Assembly (NCBI RefSeq): GCF_009914755.1
Contig: NC_060944.1
Direction: 5' to 3' (one strand)
Length of the DNA stretch: 64,000 nucleotides
Origin: the human T2T-CHM13v2.0 reference genome, Homo sapiens
The translations under genes and the position numbers were made by a program. Under the pieces are notes generated by a model. It saw only the letters and a list, made by a program, of their open reading frames with translations. It ran no database searches and was not told the DNA's origin. Every line of letters starts with the position of its first letter. The stretch's first letter is position 1. Positions 21,632 through 38,334 of this stretch are shown here, piece after piece.

Positions 21632-22212
21632 TGAGGAAGATATCTGGTGTTTTCCCATCCCTCCAGCATTCATCCTTCATCTTCCAGTAACTGAACTCTC
21701 ATTTTCTTGGGAAATTGCTTCTTCCCTATTCTCATGCTGTTCTGGACAGGCCAGTTCCACCCCTCCTAGCAGAGGTGGGAATTTAACCCAGCTAATTAGA
21801 ACCCTCCACCATCTTGGCCATGGCGACTGTTTCAAGGACAGATGTGACATCCAGACAGAGCCAGCTCTGTAGGTGAGCTGCTGTGGAGACTCCCATCCCT
21901 CCAAGGTTGAGGAGAGGATGTTATATAAGCTTAGGGTTGGCAGCCATCTCTGCCACCAGCAGCTGCCTGCAGATGACGCCAACAGAGGAAAGTGGAGAGT
22001 GTGAGGCTGGGTCCATAAGACTGTGTTGGATCCTGTTATTTCTCTGCTCTCCTAGTGACTCATGGAAAACACAGTGTGTCCTTTCCCAACAAACCACAAG
22101 TTGGTTCTCCAAAGGCCACCAGGCCACAATAATGTTTTAGCTCACCCTCGTGAGGCAGAGGGTATGGTTCTGTAGATTGAAGATATACATGTAAAACAAC
22201 AGATCGCCATCA

Positions 22213-22902
<690 letters not shown>

Positions 22903-23563
22903 TTATTTAAGATGTAGGGCTCCAGGTGGACAAACTCAAGTGTGTGGATAATGTCACATGATTTTGTTTTCTTCACTTTGACTCCAAGGCTCTATCCCGT
23001 TGTGGTGGGCTTGCCATGCAGCCACCTTCTTCCCTCTCCACTTTGGATTCTGTTCCCAAGGAGGGGAATGGGGGTCCTCACTGCTCTCTGGATCCCAAGC
23101 CTCTGTCCTCCTCCCTAGCTTGAGCAACCTCCTTCTGTCCTTCCATGGTCCTGTGTCCACACACCTCTCTTCCCCACTCATGAATTTAGCTTGCTTTGAA
23201 GACTGCAAGAGAAGCGCCTTCAAAAGACCCTGCTCTCTCCACACAGACCCCCAAAGACAAGAAAGCATGAAGAACAGCTACCTGATTGGTGCCGATGGAG
23301 GAAAACTTACTACTAGAACAAAACACAAATTAATATTTCAATAGTTTTCCTGCCACAAGGTTTCCTCAACAATTAACTCATCTTTACTGCCTTTCAACCA
23401 TGTGTATGGCTATATGTCTGTTTGAGGAGTATTTACTAGTCTATGGTAAATGTTAACATGGAACCCCCAAATGAGAAAATTATTCTCTCTTTAATTCTCT
23501 GTTGATAGTTCTGATTCGATTCAGGGGAAAGTCTTAGTTTGATGTGAATACGGTTGTTTTTTG

Positions 23564-23596
<33 letters not shown>

Positions 23597-24715
23597 TATT
23601 GAGACAGGGCCTTGCTCTGTCACCCAGGCTGAAAGGCAGTGGCATGAGCACGGCTCACTACAGTCTCAAGCTTCTGGGCTCAAGTGACCCTCCTGCCTCA
23701 GCCTCCCAAGTAGCTGGGACCACAGGTGCATGCCACCACGCCTGGCTAATTTTTGTATTTTTAGTAGAGACAGGGTTTCACCATGTTGCCCAGGCTGGTC
23801 TTGAACTCCTGAGCTCAAGCAATCCATCCACCCCTACCTCCTGAAATGTTGGGATTACAGGCATAAGTCATTGCGCCCAGCTGTGAATAGGTCTTTAACA
23901 CCTTCCTAACACTGGCTAAACTCCCTTTAAAGAGCAATCCAATCTCGGACTTTGATCCTCTGGCAAGTAAGCAATGAGTAACTGGCTAAAATTTAATAAC
24001 ATTATTTTGTTGGTCTATATCTATGCATTTTCAGCTTCCCCTCTATTCATGGCAAGTGATTTTGGCTTCCTATCTCCAGTAGCGATATAGAATTCCTCCT
24101 TAAATACATTTATTTAATGAAAAGTTAAGTGTAAATAGATTGTCTAAGAAGCAGATGCCAAGAAGGGATTAAACATGCAAGAAATGTACTAGGGGGAATG
24201 TCTGTGAGAGAAATGAGGAGGGAGCCAGAAGAAGGTTTTGTGAGTGGTCAGACTGGGATTCAGAGCTGACCCCAGGGAGCAGCGAAGAGCAGGAAGGAAG
24301 GGAGTCTGGGTGGCAGCATCTTAGTCTGCAGGGCAGTTCTAAGACAGGTTCAGCAAGGCCTTTGAGGAGTCCTCAGCCGGCCATCTGTCAGAGGATCCCA
24401 TAATGGGCCTACCTTACTACCCTACTGTGCTCAGGCACTGGCTGGAGCAGCCCATGGAAAGCACAGCCTCACCCCCAATGCAGTGAGGCAGTTCAGAGTG
24501 CAATGGCCAAGGCCCTGAGTCCATTGCATTTCCTGCAGTCAGAGATGTGAGTGGCACATTCTCACAGCCACCATGTGGTAGAATGGGAGTTACATCCACG
24601 GAGCTAAAATCCTACAGATGGTGTCAGAAAAAGGATTTGGGGGCAACACTCCTGTAAAGGAAGACGGCTTTTTCTGTGAGAGAGGCTGATCCTCTTCCGC
24701 CTTGCTCACTCCCAC

Positions 24716-25672
24716 TGTGGTAGGCTGAAAAATGCATTCTCTCCTGGCACAAGATATCCATTCACTGATTCCTGGAAACTGTGAATATTACCTTATTTGG
24801 AACAAGGGTCTTTGCAGATGTCATTGGATTAAGGATTTTGAGATGAGGAGATTATCCTGGATCATCTGGGAGGGGATGCCCTAAATGCCAATATAAATAT
24901 CCTTATAAGAGAGAGACCAGGTATATCTATACAATGGAATACTATTTAGCAATTAAAAAGAACAAAATTCTGTCATTTGTGGCAACTTAGTAAGCTTGGA
25001 GGACATTATGTTAAGTGAAATAAGCCAGGCTGGGTGTGGTGGCTCACACCTGTAATCCCAGCACTTTTAGAGGCTGAGGCTGGCAGATCACCTGAGGGCG
25101 GGAGTTCAAGACCAGCCTGGCCAACGTGGTGAAACCCTGTCTCTACTAAAAATACAAAAATTAGCCGGGCATGGTGGTGGGCGCCTGTAATCCCAGCTAC
25201 TCAGGAGGCTAAGTCAGAAGAATTGCTTGAACCCGGGAGGTGGAGGTTGCAGTGAGCCGAGACTGTGCCATCACACTCCAGTCTGGGCGACAAGAGTGAA
25301 ACTGTGTCTCAAAAAAAAGCAAAATAATCCAGGCACCGAAAGATAAATACTCCATGTTCTCACTCATGTGTGGAGGCTTAAAAAGTTGATCTCCTAGAAG
25401 TAGAGAGTAGATCAATAGCTACTAGATGCTGGGAAGCAGAGGAGGGGGGAGATGACTAGAGGCTGGTTGCTGAATACAAAACTACAGCTAGATAAGAGTT
25501 CTACAGCACTATAGAGTGACTATAATAAACAATAATTTATTGTATATTTTCAAATAGCTAGAAAAGTGGATTTTAAATGTTCCCAATATAGAGACATGAT
25601 AAATGAGATGACGAACATGCCAATTACCTGATACGAGCATTACACATTATATACTGTATTGAAACATCACAT
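24716..25672 (+). mobile_element. MLT1 (MaLR) LTR 5' part followed by an L1MA 3' end with a nested Alu
   Basis: gggtctttgcagatgtcattggattaaggattttgagatgaggagattatcctgg is MLT1; acaatggaatactatttagcaatt is L1. Confidence 0.7.
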
Positions 25673-26082
25673 TAGGTGGGTGCGGTGGCTCACGCCTGTA
25701 ATCACAACATTTTAGGAGGCCAAGGCAGGAGGATTGCTTGAGCCCAGGAGTTTGAGACCAGCCTGGGCAAGATGGCGAAACCCCATCTCTACCAAAAATA
25801 CAAAAATTATCAGGGCATGGTGGTGTGCACCTGTAGTACTAGCTACTTGGGAGGCTGAGGTGTAATAATGAGAGGCTTATAATGAGGGGAAAATACCTCC
25901 TATTGTTTAAGCCAGTGCCGCTTCTTGCAGCCAAATGAGTATCTAACGCATTCATATTTTGATAAACTCTGATCTAAAGGATGTTGGCAGAGAGAGCGAG
26001 CGAGTGAAAGAGAGGAGAGAGCTGGGCACAGTGGTTCACGCCTGTAATCCCAGCACTTTGGGAGGCCGAGGCGGGTGGATCA

Positions 26083-26352
<270 letters not shown>

Positions 26353-27180
26353 TTACAATAGAAGATGGGGTTTATTTCAAGGCTGAACGACTTTGAGACT
26401 TTTTCCCTGGTACTTCACTGTCCCCTCCTTTTGAACTTTGGCAGTTTCTGTGACAGCTTTGACCAATTGAATATAGTAAAAGGGATGCTGTGCCACGTTG
26501 TGGTCTATAAAAAATCAGAAGTTTCTGCCTCCTGTCTCCCTGAGTGCTCACTCTGGGGGAAGCCAGTTGTCATATAAGAGGTCAGAGTATCCTGAAAGGA
26601 AGCGCAAGCCAGCTGCAGGGAGAGGTCTCATGGAGACAGTGACACCTGACCAGCTCTAGCTGCTCCAGCCACCCTAGTCTAGGGCCGGGGATGTAAGTGA
26701 AGATGACATAAACCTCTGGCACCATCTGCCTGTAACTGCATAAGGCAAGTGACAGCTGCCCAGCTGAGACCACTCACCCCTGGAACCATGAAAGATCATC
26801 ATAAATAGTGTTTTAGGCCCATAAGTTTTGGGGTAGATTGTTATACAGGAATCGATACTCAGGACAGAGAAACACAGTTATTATCATCATTTTACAAATG
26901 GGAAGATGGAGGCTTAGAGAGGCTCTCCAATAAGAACATCAAGCCAGAGTGTGGCCAGCTGACATGTGAGTCCTATGCTGTCCAATTCCAGCTGTCCTGG
27001 TTTGGAGAGCGTTTGGAAAGGAAGGTGTAGTGAGGGAGTTGAGATTAGAAAAGGGTCCCCTGGGCCGGGCGCGGTGGCTTATGCCTGTAATCCCAGTACT
27101 TGGGGAGGCCAAGGTGGGTGGACCATCCGAGGTCAGGAGTTCAAGACCAGCCTGACTAACATGGGGAAACCCTGTGTCTA

Positions 27181-27354
<174 letters not shown>

Positions 27355-27835
27355 TTAGAGGTTCTGGAGACCTTAGTTCTGGTGGAGGCACTCAAGGCTG
27401 CAGTGGCTAAAGCCACGAATGGAAGGTAAGGACATGAAGAAGTGGCAGAGATCATTCCTTCAAGAAGGTTGGTTGTGAAAGGAAGGAGCGAGGCAGGCTA
27501 CCATCTGGATATAGTATCTAGTGTAGGAAGTGTTATTTCTATTTAACCTTTTTATTATGAAAAATTTCAAATAAACATAAAGTAGAATAGTATAATGAAG
27601 CCCCAGGTACCCATCCACCAGCTATGATAATCAGCAAATAACTCCATCCATTGGGATTTCATCCTGAAGTATATCCCAGGTGCATAACTTTATCTGTTAC
27701 TATTTCAGTTTGTATTCTAAAAATATATAGCCACAGTATGATTATTGTTGATGTGTGTCATGAATCTCTTTTAGGTTCCTCCTCCATCTCTATTTTTCCC
27801 TTGCAACTTATTTGTTGAAGAAAGCAGGTTGTTCA

Positions 27836-28171
<336 letters not shown>

Positions 28172-28252
28172 TTACTGATTCTATACCTCAGATGCTAACA
28201 TATTCCTTAGTCCCTTGTGTTTTCCAAAATTGACTTTTTTTTTTTTTTTTGA

Positions 28253-28384
<132 letters not shown>

Positions 28385-28466
28385 TGACATGCCGGCTAAT
28401 TTTTGTATTTTTCTAGAGACAGGGTTTCTCCATGTTGGTCAGTTTGCTCTCAAACTCCCAACCTCA

Positions 28467-28574
<108 letters not shown>

Positions 28575-29607
28575 TCACTAGCTGGAATACTTGCATAAAA
28601 AGAAACTTCCCCCTTATCAACAATTTAATCCCTGAGATAGAGTTTATAGAAAAAGTGAAGATAAAAGTAAGATAATCTTACATGAGATAGATCCCTTGCA
28701 ACTTCACTGTTCTTTCCTAGTGTAGGTTTCCCAGCCCAGCATTATAATCTCTCCTTCCCCAATACCCTTGCTGCTCTGGGCCTCTCTACTTTTGTCCTGC
28801 TTGTCTGGAAAAACCTCACCCTGAGGGCCTATATCTCTCACCTTCTCTGGGCCTGCTACAGAACTGGTGAGCACTGCTGGAAGAAAATTGCAAAGCATGG
28901 CTGGCTGGTTTCAAGGACCTCTAGCACGCACCCAACACAGCTCCTGGGCCAACTGTGTGCTCTGTGAGACCATAGCTGCTTGAGACGCAACTAGTGAGAC
29001 CAAGCAACTACATTTCCATTCTTATTTAATTTTAATTAACTTAAATATAAGCAGCCCCGTGTGACTAACGCAGGTTATGGAACATTTTCATGATTCCAGA
29101 AAGTTCTGTTACACTAGGTTAGGAAACTTGACTTCCCACTCCCCAAGAGAACCAGTTCATAGCCTTTCCCCCTTGCCTTAAATCTCCCCAACCATTTTCT
29201 CCACTCTCCCTTCATTCTTCCTTGAGAATAAAGAATATGAAAGCTTCCAGGTGAGCTCTCCATTCTTTACTGAGAATGTAGAAGCTCCTAATGGAAGCTG
29301 GCCCAGTCTCCAACCTCAACTCCTCTAAACCTGTAACATTTGCCACTGTGGAGGAATGTCCATCCTCTTATGGAAGCCAAAGCCTTTATGATGATGCAAG
29401 CCCAGGTCCCTTTTGAATTATCAAGGACTCTGTCCCTTCACTTATCCCCTTCCGCCCTGCATCATTCATCTCCCCTACTCTACTGGAACGCTTCCATCAG
29501 CAAACAGATGTTCTGTCTTTCATCTTAAAAAATCCTACTGTATCCCCACTCCCTTCTACTTCTCTGGTCCCCATTCATAAATAAACATGTTGAAAGTGTC
29601 ACTCTGT

Positions 29608-29780
29608 CAGTGCTTCTCAATATGTGGTCCTCAGGCTCTTAGCATCAGCATCACTTGGGAATTAGTCAAAAATTCAAATTCCTGGGTACCACCCCAGACT
29701 CACTGAGTCAGAAACTCTGGGCCCAGAAATCTGGGCTTTACAAGCTCAACAGGTGATTCTGATAATTGTTTGAGAACCTC
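29608..29780. mobile_element. MER5A-like hAT element within L2-like fragments
   Basis: cagtgcttctcaa...agcatcagcatcacttggga...ctgagtcagaaactctgggcccag...tttgagaacc. Confidence 0.75.
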
Positions 29781-32137
29781 AATATGTTCTACAATATGTG
29801 CCATGCTTTTCACTTTCTCCTTTATTCTTCCTTCCATGGAACTCCTTCCCCCTTTGATTTTCATCCTCAACTCTTCCTCATAGCTTGGCTCTGGCCTTTT
29901 CATCTTCTCTATCTTTATTCTGTCCCAAGGAGCTCTTACCCATTTCTTAGTGTTAAATCCCATGAATTCAAAGTCATAAATGCAACCCAAAATTTTCTTA
30001 GAGTTCCAGATTCTTACAGATCCAGTTGTTGGTATCTTCATCTGAATGTCTTACAAACATCCCAGTAAGTCTGAAAAGGCCTGGACGTTTCCCCTCAATC
30101 TCTCCTTCCCCATGTTCCTGCCCCAGGCTTCCCCATTTCAATAAGTAGCATTCATTCAGCAGCTGCAGCAAGAAACCTCCGAGTCACGCTTGATCCTTCC
30201 TTTCTCTCACCACCCCTCCACACTCTGTCAACTCTAACCACGCCAGCCCACCCTGCCTTCACTCCGATGCCACCATCCTAGTCTCCACCCTCCCGCATTG
30301 CTTGTCTCCCAGCTGGTCTCCTCACTCCTGCCTTGTGCCTTCCAATCCATTCTCTCCATAGTAAGAAAGGGGAACTTCTGGAAAGCTAGAATAAATCATG
30401 CTATTTAAAAATTCTTCAACAACTTTCCACCATGAGTAGAAAAGAATCCAGACTCCTGCCCCAGCCCACAAGGTCCTGCTGATCAGGCCTCTGCCTCCCT
30501 ATCTGAGCCTGTCTCCTTCCGACCACTCCCTGGCCTCCCTTGATCCATCCACACTGACCTCCTTCCCTTCTTCCAACAACCCGTGTTTCTTCTTACCTCG
30601 GCGCCTTGCTTATCAATGGTCTCCCCACTCTCCTTTGTCATCCTTCAGGTCTTGGATCAAATGTCATGCTGCAGAGTTCTTTCCACCCTCTTGAAAAATG
30701 TCAGGCCTCAGCCTGGTGTGGAAGGGAAAGGAAGGTGGAAGAAGCAGCAACTCTGGCCACCTGTCTCTGACATCATTGATCTCCATAGAAGGGCACGAGG
30801 AAAGATGAAGAGTACGTGGTTAGGAGATGGATTCTCTCCCTGTCCCTCAGAGAAGAAAAGAGTCACAGTCTTTTTCTGGAAGAGTTGTGTGGGGATTTCG
30901 CCCCTGTGCATGGAAGAAGGCCTGAGACAGCCCTAGGACGATATTTTCTCTTTAAGTCCTGAGCCCACTGAATGGGTGTGCTTCTTTTTGTATACTCAAT
31001 ACCTGCTGGGGGAAACACGTCTCCTCCAAGCCCAGGCTATGTGTTTTCCAACCTTCAACTGCAGAAGTGGGTCAGTGACCTACGCCAGGCCAAAACATCT
31101 CAGACATGAGAATGGCTCAGGGATTCACATGTGACCCGAAGTAGCCCCATGAGAATCAAGCCTATGACTTTTGCTAGATTCACGATAAACATGAGTTCTC
31201 TTTTTTCCTTTTCTTTTTTCTTTTTCTTTTCTTTTTTTTTTTTCTTTGAGATGGAGTCTCACTTTGTTGCCCAGGCTGGAGTGCAGTGGCATGATCTTGG
31301 CTCACTGCAACCTCCGCCTCCTGGGTTCAAGTGATTCTCCTGCCTCAGTCTCCTGAGTAGTTGGAATTACAGGTGTGTGCCACCATGCCTGACTATTTTT
31401 TTATATTTTTAGTAGAGATAGGGTTTCATCATGTTGGGAGGCTGGTCTCGAACTCCTAGCCTCAAGTGATCTGCCCACCTCGGCCTCCCAAAGTGCTGAA
31501 ATTACAGGCATGAGCCACGGCGCCTGGCCTGAGTTCTCTTTGAGCTGCAGTTAATAAACTAGCAGAATGTGAGCTGGAATCTGCAGCAGATTATTTTTGT
31601 CTCTGCATGGAAAAAAAAAATGGTAAAAAGGAAGCCAACTCAGAGGCGAGCAAGGCAGCTTTTCTTTGTGGAATGACTTGGGGACCCAGACTACTTCCCT
31701 TGTGTGGCTCTGCCATCTTTAGGACCTTGGTTCCCTTTGGCTCTAGCAAGCAGCAGAAGAACAAAAATGAGGATTCTCCATCCACTTTAAAAATTCCAGC
31801 CTAGAAGTGATACATGTCACTTCTATTCTCATTCTATTGCAAAGCATTAGCCATCTGGCCACACATAGATACAAGGAGGGCGGGAAATGGAGTCCCTGCA
31901 TGGGAATCCATCTTTAAGAGACAGCTCCATGCTATGGAATGAGCAGCACAAATTTTTGGAGAAGCACCAGTCATCTCTGACACCTGCAGGGATAATAAAG
32001 GGACAGGAAATATGGCTGGGAAGATAGGGTAGGCAAGGTTTTGAAAGCCCTGAACATACAAAATTATTCGGACTTCATTCTATGAGCAATAAAAAGCCAT
32101 GAAAAGCTTTGAGCAGGAGGGTAGATGATCACATCTA

Positions 32138-32353
<216 letters not shown>

Positions 32354-32512
32354 TTAGGAGGCTGAGGCAGGAGAATCGCTTGAACCTGGGAGGTGGAGTT
32401 TGCAGTGAGCCGAGATCGCACCACTTCACTCCAGTCTGGGCGACAGAGTGAGACTCTGTCTCAAAAAATAAAAATAATAAAAATAATAGAAAACAAAAGA
32501 AAAGAAACAAGG

Positions 32513-32887
32513 TTGCCATGGTTTAAATGTGGTGTCCTGGTGTCCCCTCCAAATTTCATGTTGAGACATAATGCCCATTGTGGTGGGATTAAGAGGTGGG
32601 CATTTTGGGAGATGATTAAGTCATTAAGTCATGAGAGCTCCACTGTTATGAATGGATTAATCCCTTTATAAACAAGGGTTCGGAGAGAGTTTACCCCTCT
32701 ATTCCACCCGGTGAGGATGAAGCAACAAGACACCATCTTGGAAGTAAAGAGCAGCCCCCACTGGACACCAGTGCTGACCCAGACCTTGGACTCCCAAGCC
32801 TCCAGAACCAAAATAAATAAATTTCTGTTCTTTTAAAATTACCTAGTCTTTGGCATTTTGTTACAGCAGCATGAATGACTAAGACAA
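32513..32887 (+). mobile_element. MST-family MaLR LTR
   Basis: tgccatggtttaaatgt...ccctccaaatttcatgttgagac...ttgttacagcagcatgaatgactaagaca. Confidence 0.75.
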
Positions 32888-33248
32888 AGGTGTATTGGCT
32901 ACATCTAGTAGAGCCTCTTCAGATTCTCTTGATATGTGGACCCCAAGCTGCTGGTTTCAACCCAGCAGCTGCCATGCCTCTTGTCTTCATTATGACCTTT
33001 CTTCAACTTTCTTTGGGTTTTAGCTGGTATTCTTTTTACAGTTTCTTTTCTTTTCCTTTTTTTTTTTTTTTTTTTTTTTTAAGAGGCAGGGTCTTGCTCT
33101 GTTGCTCAGGCTAGAGTGCGGTGACACCGTCATAGGTCACTGCAGCCTGTAACTCCTGGGCTCGAGCACCTCAGCCTCCTGAATAGCTAGGACTATAGGC
33201 ATGCACCACTTCGCCTGGGTATTTTTTTTTTTTTTTTTTTTGAGATAG

Positions 33249-33431
<183 letters not shown>

Positions 33432-34911
33432 TAGGCAGGTCTCAAACTCCTGACCTCAGGTGATCTGCCTGCCTCGGCCTCCCAAAGTGCTGGGATTACA
33501 GGTGTGAGCCACCATGCCTGGCCTGTTAATGTTTTTGAAAAAATTTTTGTAGTGATGGGATCTCACTATGTTGCCAAGGCTGGTCTCGAACTTGACCTCA
33601 AATGATCCTGCTGCCTCAGCCTCCTCAAATGCTGGGATTACAGGCATGAGCCACCATGCCTGGCCTATAGCTTCTGGAGATAGAACCATTTCTTCTTTTC
33701 TAATATATTTATTAAGCTTTAAATTTCCCTGTAAGTACTGTGTTAGCTATATTCCACACATTATGCTATGTCATATCTTCCTTGTCATTCAGTTTTCATT
33801 TCCATTGTGAATCTTTCCTTGGCTCACGAATTATTTAGGTATGTTTTGCTATTTTTGTATTCTGTCTCTATCAACAAACAAATAAAGCAGAGGAAAATAA
33901 AACACTTAGGAAAAAAATCTATTGAGTGATTTCCAACGATAACATATGGAAGGATTTAGGAATATAGCAATTTCTATTATTGTCCATGAGAGCTAACTAA
34001 AAGGTGCTAATTACATAATGGAGACAATTTTAAAGAACCAAAACTGCCTAGCTTTAATTGAGTATCTTTCCCACTAGCCCATAACTATGAACCATGATGG
34101 CTTAATACAATCTCATACTTACCTTTGGTCTAATAACACCTCTTTACTCACACTAATTTTCTTTTTCAATTTAGATAAATCATTTGAGAGTCCATATACA
34201 GTTTTGACTTTGGAGTTTCATGACTTCAAGACAGCTTATTAAAAAAGCCCTCGCAAGGAACTTGTAGTAAACTTTTGTTGTGTTAACTGCGCTCTGTGGT
34301 TCCCCCTAGCATCTTCTGGAGAAGTCAGAGCCTGTGCCCCGCAAGGCTGTGCTTTAGCTGAGCCCATTAACAATGGGAGGGGCCAAAGAAGTAGGGCTTG
34401 CTCAACTCGGATGGAAAGCTAGGCTGATGGTGAAGGTGGGGGGCCACCATTGACCCAGTTTCCAGGAGGCAGGTGCTGACCTAGCGGTCCACTACATGGT
34501 GGAAGCCCAAGGAAGGCCAGAATACTTCTAGAATCACTGGCTGTGGCTCGGAGGGGACCTGGGAATACACATCTGAGTCAAGTCGGGAAGGTATGTAAGT
34601 TGAATGCAATACAGCATATTTTATAGTATAAAATTAAAATTTGCAAAGATAATTTTATTGCTAGCATTAGATGATAGAGGAAAGGAAAGGAAGAAAAGCA
34701 TACTAATTTTACCATTGTTCATAGCAGGAAGCGAACATCTAATCTAATGTCTAAAGGAATCGAGAATTGAGTCTAAGTATATTGCATACATTTACATATA
34801 TTCACCAGAACAAAAATACAACATTCCTAAAGATCAGAAGACATGAGTGAGAAAAGACAACTAACTTTCCTATGCAGAAGAAATCCAAAATATTATGTAG
34901 ATACTCTGCTT

Positions 34912-35713
34912 CTATTAGATTTGTATTGCTGCTGTAACAAATTACCACAAATGTCATGGCTGAACACAATACAAACTTCCTGTCTTACAGTTCTGGAGTC
35001 AGAGGTCTGACAAGCGCCTCAGTGGGATAAAATCCAAGGGTCAGCAGGCTGTATTCCTCTCTGCAGGCTCTAAGGGAGGATCTATGCCCTTCTCTTTTCC
35101 AGATTTTAGAGGCTGCCCACTTTCCTCAGCCCACGGTCCCTTCCATCTTCAAAGTCAGCAATGGCAAGCTGAATTCTCGTGTCCATCACTCCAACCTCCT
35201 CTTCTGCCTCTCTCTCCCACCATTTTTTTTTTTTTTTTTTTGAGACGGAATCTCACTCTGTCGCCCAGGTTGGAGTTCAGTGGCACAATCTTGGCTCACT
35301 GCAACCTCCGCCTCCCGGATTCAAGCAATTCTCCCTGCCTCAGCCTCCCGAGTAGCTGGGATTACAGGTGCCCACCACCACGCGCGGCTAATTTTTGTAT
35401 TTTTAGTAGGGAGGGGGTTTCACCATGTTGTCTAGGCTGGTCTTGAACTCCTGACCTCAGGTGATCCGCCCACCTAGGTCTCCCAAAGTGCTAGGATTAC
35501 ACGCATGAGCCACTGAGCCCTGTTTTTTTTTTTTCTTCCTTCCCTCCCTCCCTCTCTCCCTTCCTTCCTTCCTTCCTTCCTCCCTCCTTCTCTCCTTCCC
35601 TCCTTCCTTCCTTCCTTCCTTTCTTTCTTTCTTTCTTTCTTCTTTCTTTCTTTTCTTTTTTCTTTCTCTCTCCTTTTTCCTTTCTCTCTCTCTCTCTCTC
35701 CCCCCCGCCTCTT

Positions 35714-35744
<31 letters not shown>

Positions 35745-36020
35745 GGTCTTGCTCTGTTGCCCAGGCTGGGGTGTAGTGATGCAATCTTGGCTCACTGCAA
35801 CCTCTGTCTCCTGGTTCAGGTGATTCTCCTGCCCCAGCCACCCAAGTAGCTGGGACTACAGGCGGGTGCCACCACCCCTGGCTGATTTTTGTATTTTTTT
35901 GTAGAGACGGGGTCTCGCCATGTTGCCCAGGCTGTCTTCCACTTTTAAGGATCCTTATGAACACATTCGGTCTGCCTGGATATTCCAGGATAATCTCCCT
36001 ATTTTAAAAATCAGTTGATT
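34912..36020 (-). mobile_element. MLT1 LTR split by two Alus
   Basis: tattagatttgtattgctgctgtaacaaattaccacaaa...ttacagttctggagtcagaggtctga; resumes at ~35938. Confidence 0.7.
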
Positions 36021-36361
36021 AGCTGGGTGATGTGGCTCACACCTGTAATCTCAGCACTTTGGGAGGCCAAGGCGGGTGGATCACTTGAGGACAGGAGTTC
36101 GAGACCAGCCTGCCCAACATGGTGAAACCCTGTCTCTATTAAAAATACAAAAATTAGGCGGGCCTGGTGGCACGTGCATGTAATCCCAACTACTTGGGAG
36201 GTTGAGGCAGGAGAATCGATTGAACAGGAGGAGGAGGTTGTGGTGAGCTGAGATCACGCCATTGCACTCCAGCCTGGGCGACAAGAGCGAAACTTCATCT
36301 AAAAACAAACAGTCCAGGCGCGATGGCTCATGCCTGTAATCCCAACACTTTGGGAAGACTA

Positions 36362-36628
<267 letters not shown>

Positions 36629-37148
36629 TTACACAAAGACACATCTAAAATAAAGTGAAAACAAAGTTTGAAAAATTACCTTTTTAGAATGACTTAGGAG
36701 GGGGAAGTAGGGGTGAAGAGAAGTTGGATATACGCACAAAAATATAATTTGATAGAAGGAATGAGTTCTAGTCCAATAGTACAGTAGGGAAATCGTAGTT
36801 AATAATTAGTGTATATCTCAAAATAGCTAGAAGATAATTGTAACATTCCCAACACAAAGAAAAGATCAACGTTTCAGGTAATGGATATCCTCGTTACCCT
36901 AACTTAATCATTACACATTGTATGCATGTATCAAAATATCACATGTACTCTCAAAATATGTGTAACTATGATATATCAATTTTAAAAAGACAGAAAAAAA
37001 GGATTTAGGTCCAGTTTACCAGTGAAATCCTTCAAGTGTCCAAGTTATTAAGGATCAGCTAATTATTATGTAGTGTATGTCTCTACTGTATAAAATAACA
37101 ATAAAAAACTTTTCAAAGCATTTTTGTTTTGTGTGAGACAGGGTCTCA

Positions 37149-37862
37149 TTATTTTTTATTTTTATTTTTTGACTGTCCTAAATTGTTTATTAGGTATGAA
37201 TTTTACAAACTTAAACTTTACTTATGTCAGTGGCAACAGTGGAGCTGGAGATTATCACATTTTCTCCAAGCTGCATGACGAGACCCACCAATAGTGTGGT
37301 GGAACTTAAGGCCCTTTCCAAGGCCATGGCTCTTTCGGCCTGCAGATGTCAGCCCACGTGTCTCCCTGGGCTTGTAGACTGATTGGTGATCCACTGGGTG
37401 TCAGGATTTCTTCTGACAGCTTAATGGAATGCATCAATGAGGATAACCTCAAAAAATTTGTATGTGAAATCTTCAACTCAGTAAGAATTCAGGACTCTTA
37501 GAGCCCCACAGTGGTGTCCAGCTTGCTCCTCTGCAATGGACTGAGGGTTCAAGCAAAGTTTAGCTGGTTAACACCATGATGTTCAGGCTTGCCGTAAGTT
37601 GCACCCTTAGGAACTGGGTGTTTTTGGCCATCACCGCACACATGAATCCTATATATAATGTAGCCTTGTAGTTCAGTCGGCGCACTTTATGGGGCCAAGT
37701 GGATTGGGGAGCCCTGTGGAGAGCAGAGGGCTGGCAGTACTGCCAGCAGCGGACCCTGAGAAGAAAGCGCATGAGATCAGACTGCTTCTCCCTCCATAGC
37801 TCCTGGATGTACTTGTATGCACCCACCGTGGCTTACCTGATGGCTACTGCCAGACAGAAAGG
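37149..37862 (-). pseudogene. RPL15P1: Processed pseudogene of ribosomal protein L15 (probably RPL15P1)
   Basis: Intronless; reads [29 protein letters not shown]. Has the 5' TOP-like UTR CCTTTCTGTCTGGC. Start mutated ATG>GTG at 37826-37824, with a frameshift downstream. Stop at 37229-37227, AATAAA at 37186-37191, poly(A) at 37149-37170, TSD c(a/g)gggtctca. The P1 symbol is from memory of the locus. Confidence 0.93.
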
Positions 37863-38082
37863 CGGGGTCTCACTCTTTTGCCCAAGCTGGAGTGCAGAGG
37901 CGTGATCATGGCTCACTGCAGCCTTGACCTCCTGGGCTCAAGCCTAAGTCTCCCGAGTAGCTGGGACTACAGGTGAGCACCACCATGCCTGGCTAATTTT
38001 TGTATTTTTTGTAGAGACAGGGTCTCACTATGTTGTACAGGCTGGTCTCAAACTCCTGGGCTCAAGCAATCTATTCACCTTA

Positions 38083-38334
<252 letters not shown>

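Noticed and set aside
34114-34123. CATACTTACC resembling the 5' end of U1 snRNA
   Set aside because: No further U1 similarity. It is the reverse complement of a consensus splice donor (exon G of the candidate pseudogene).
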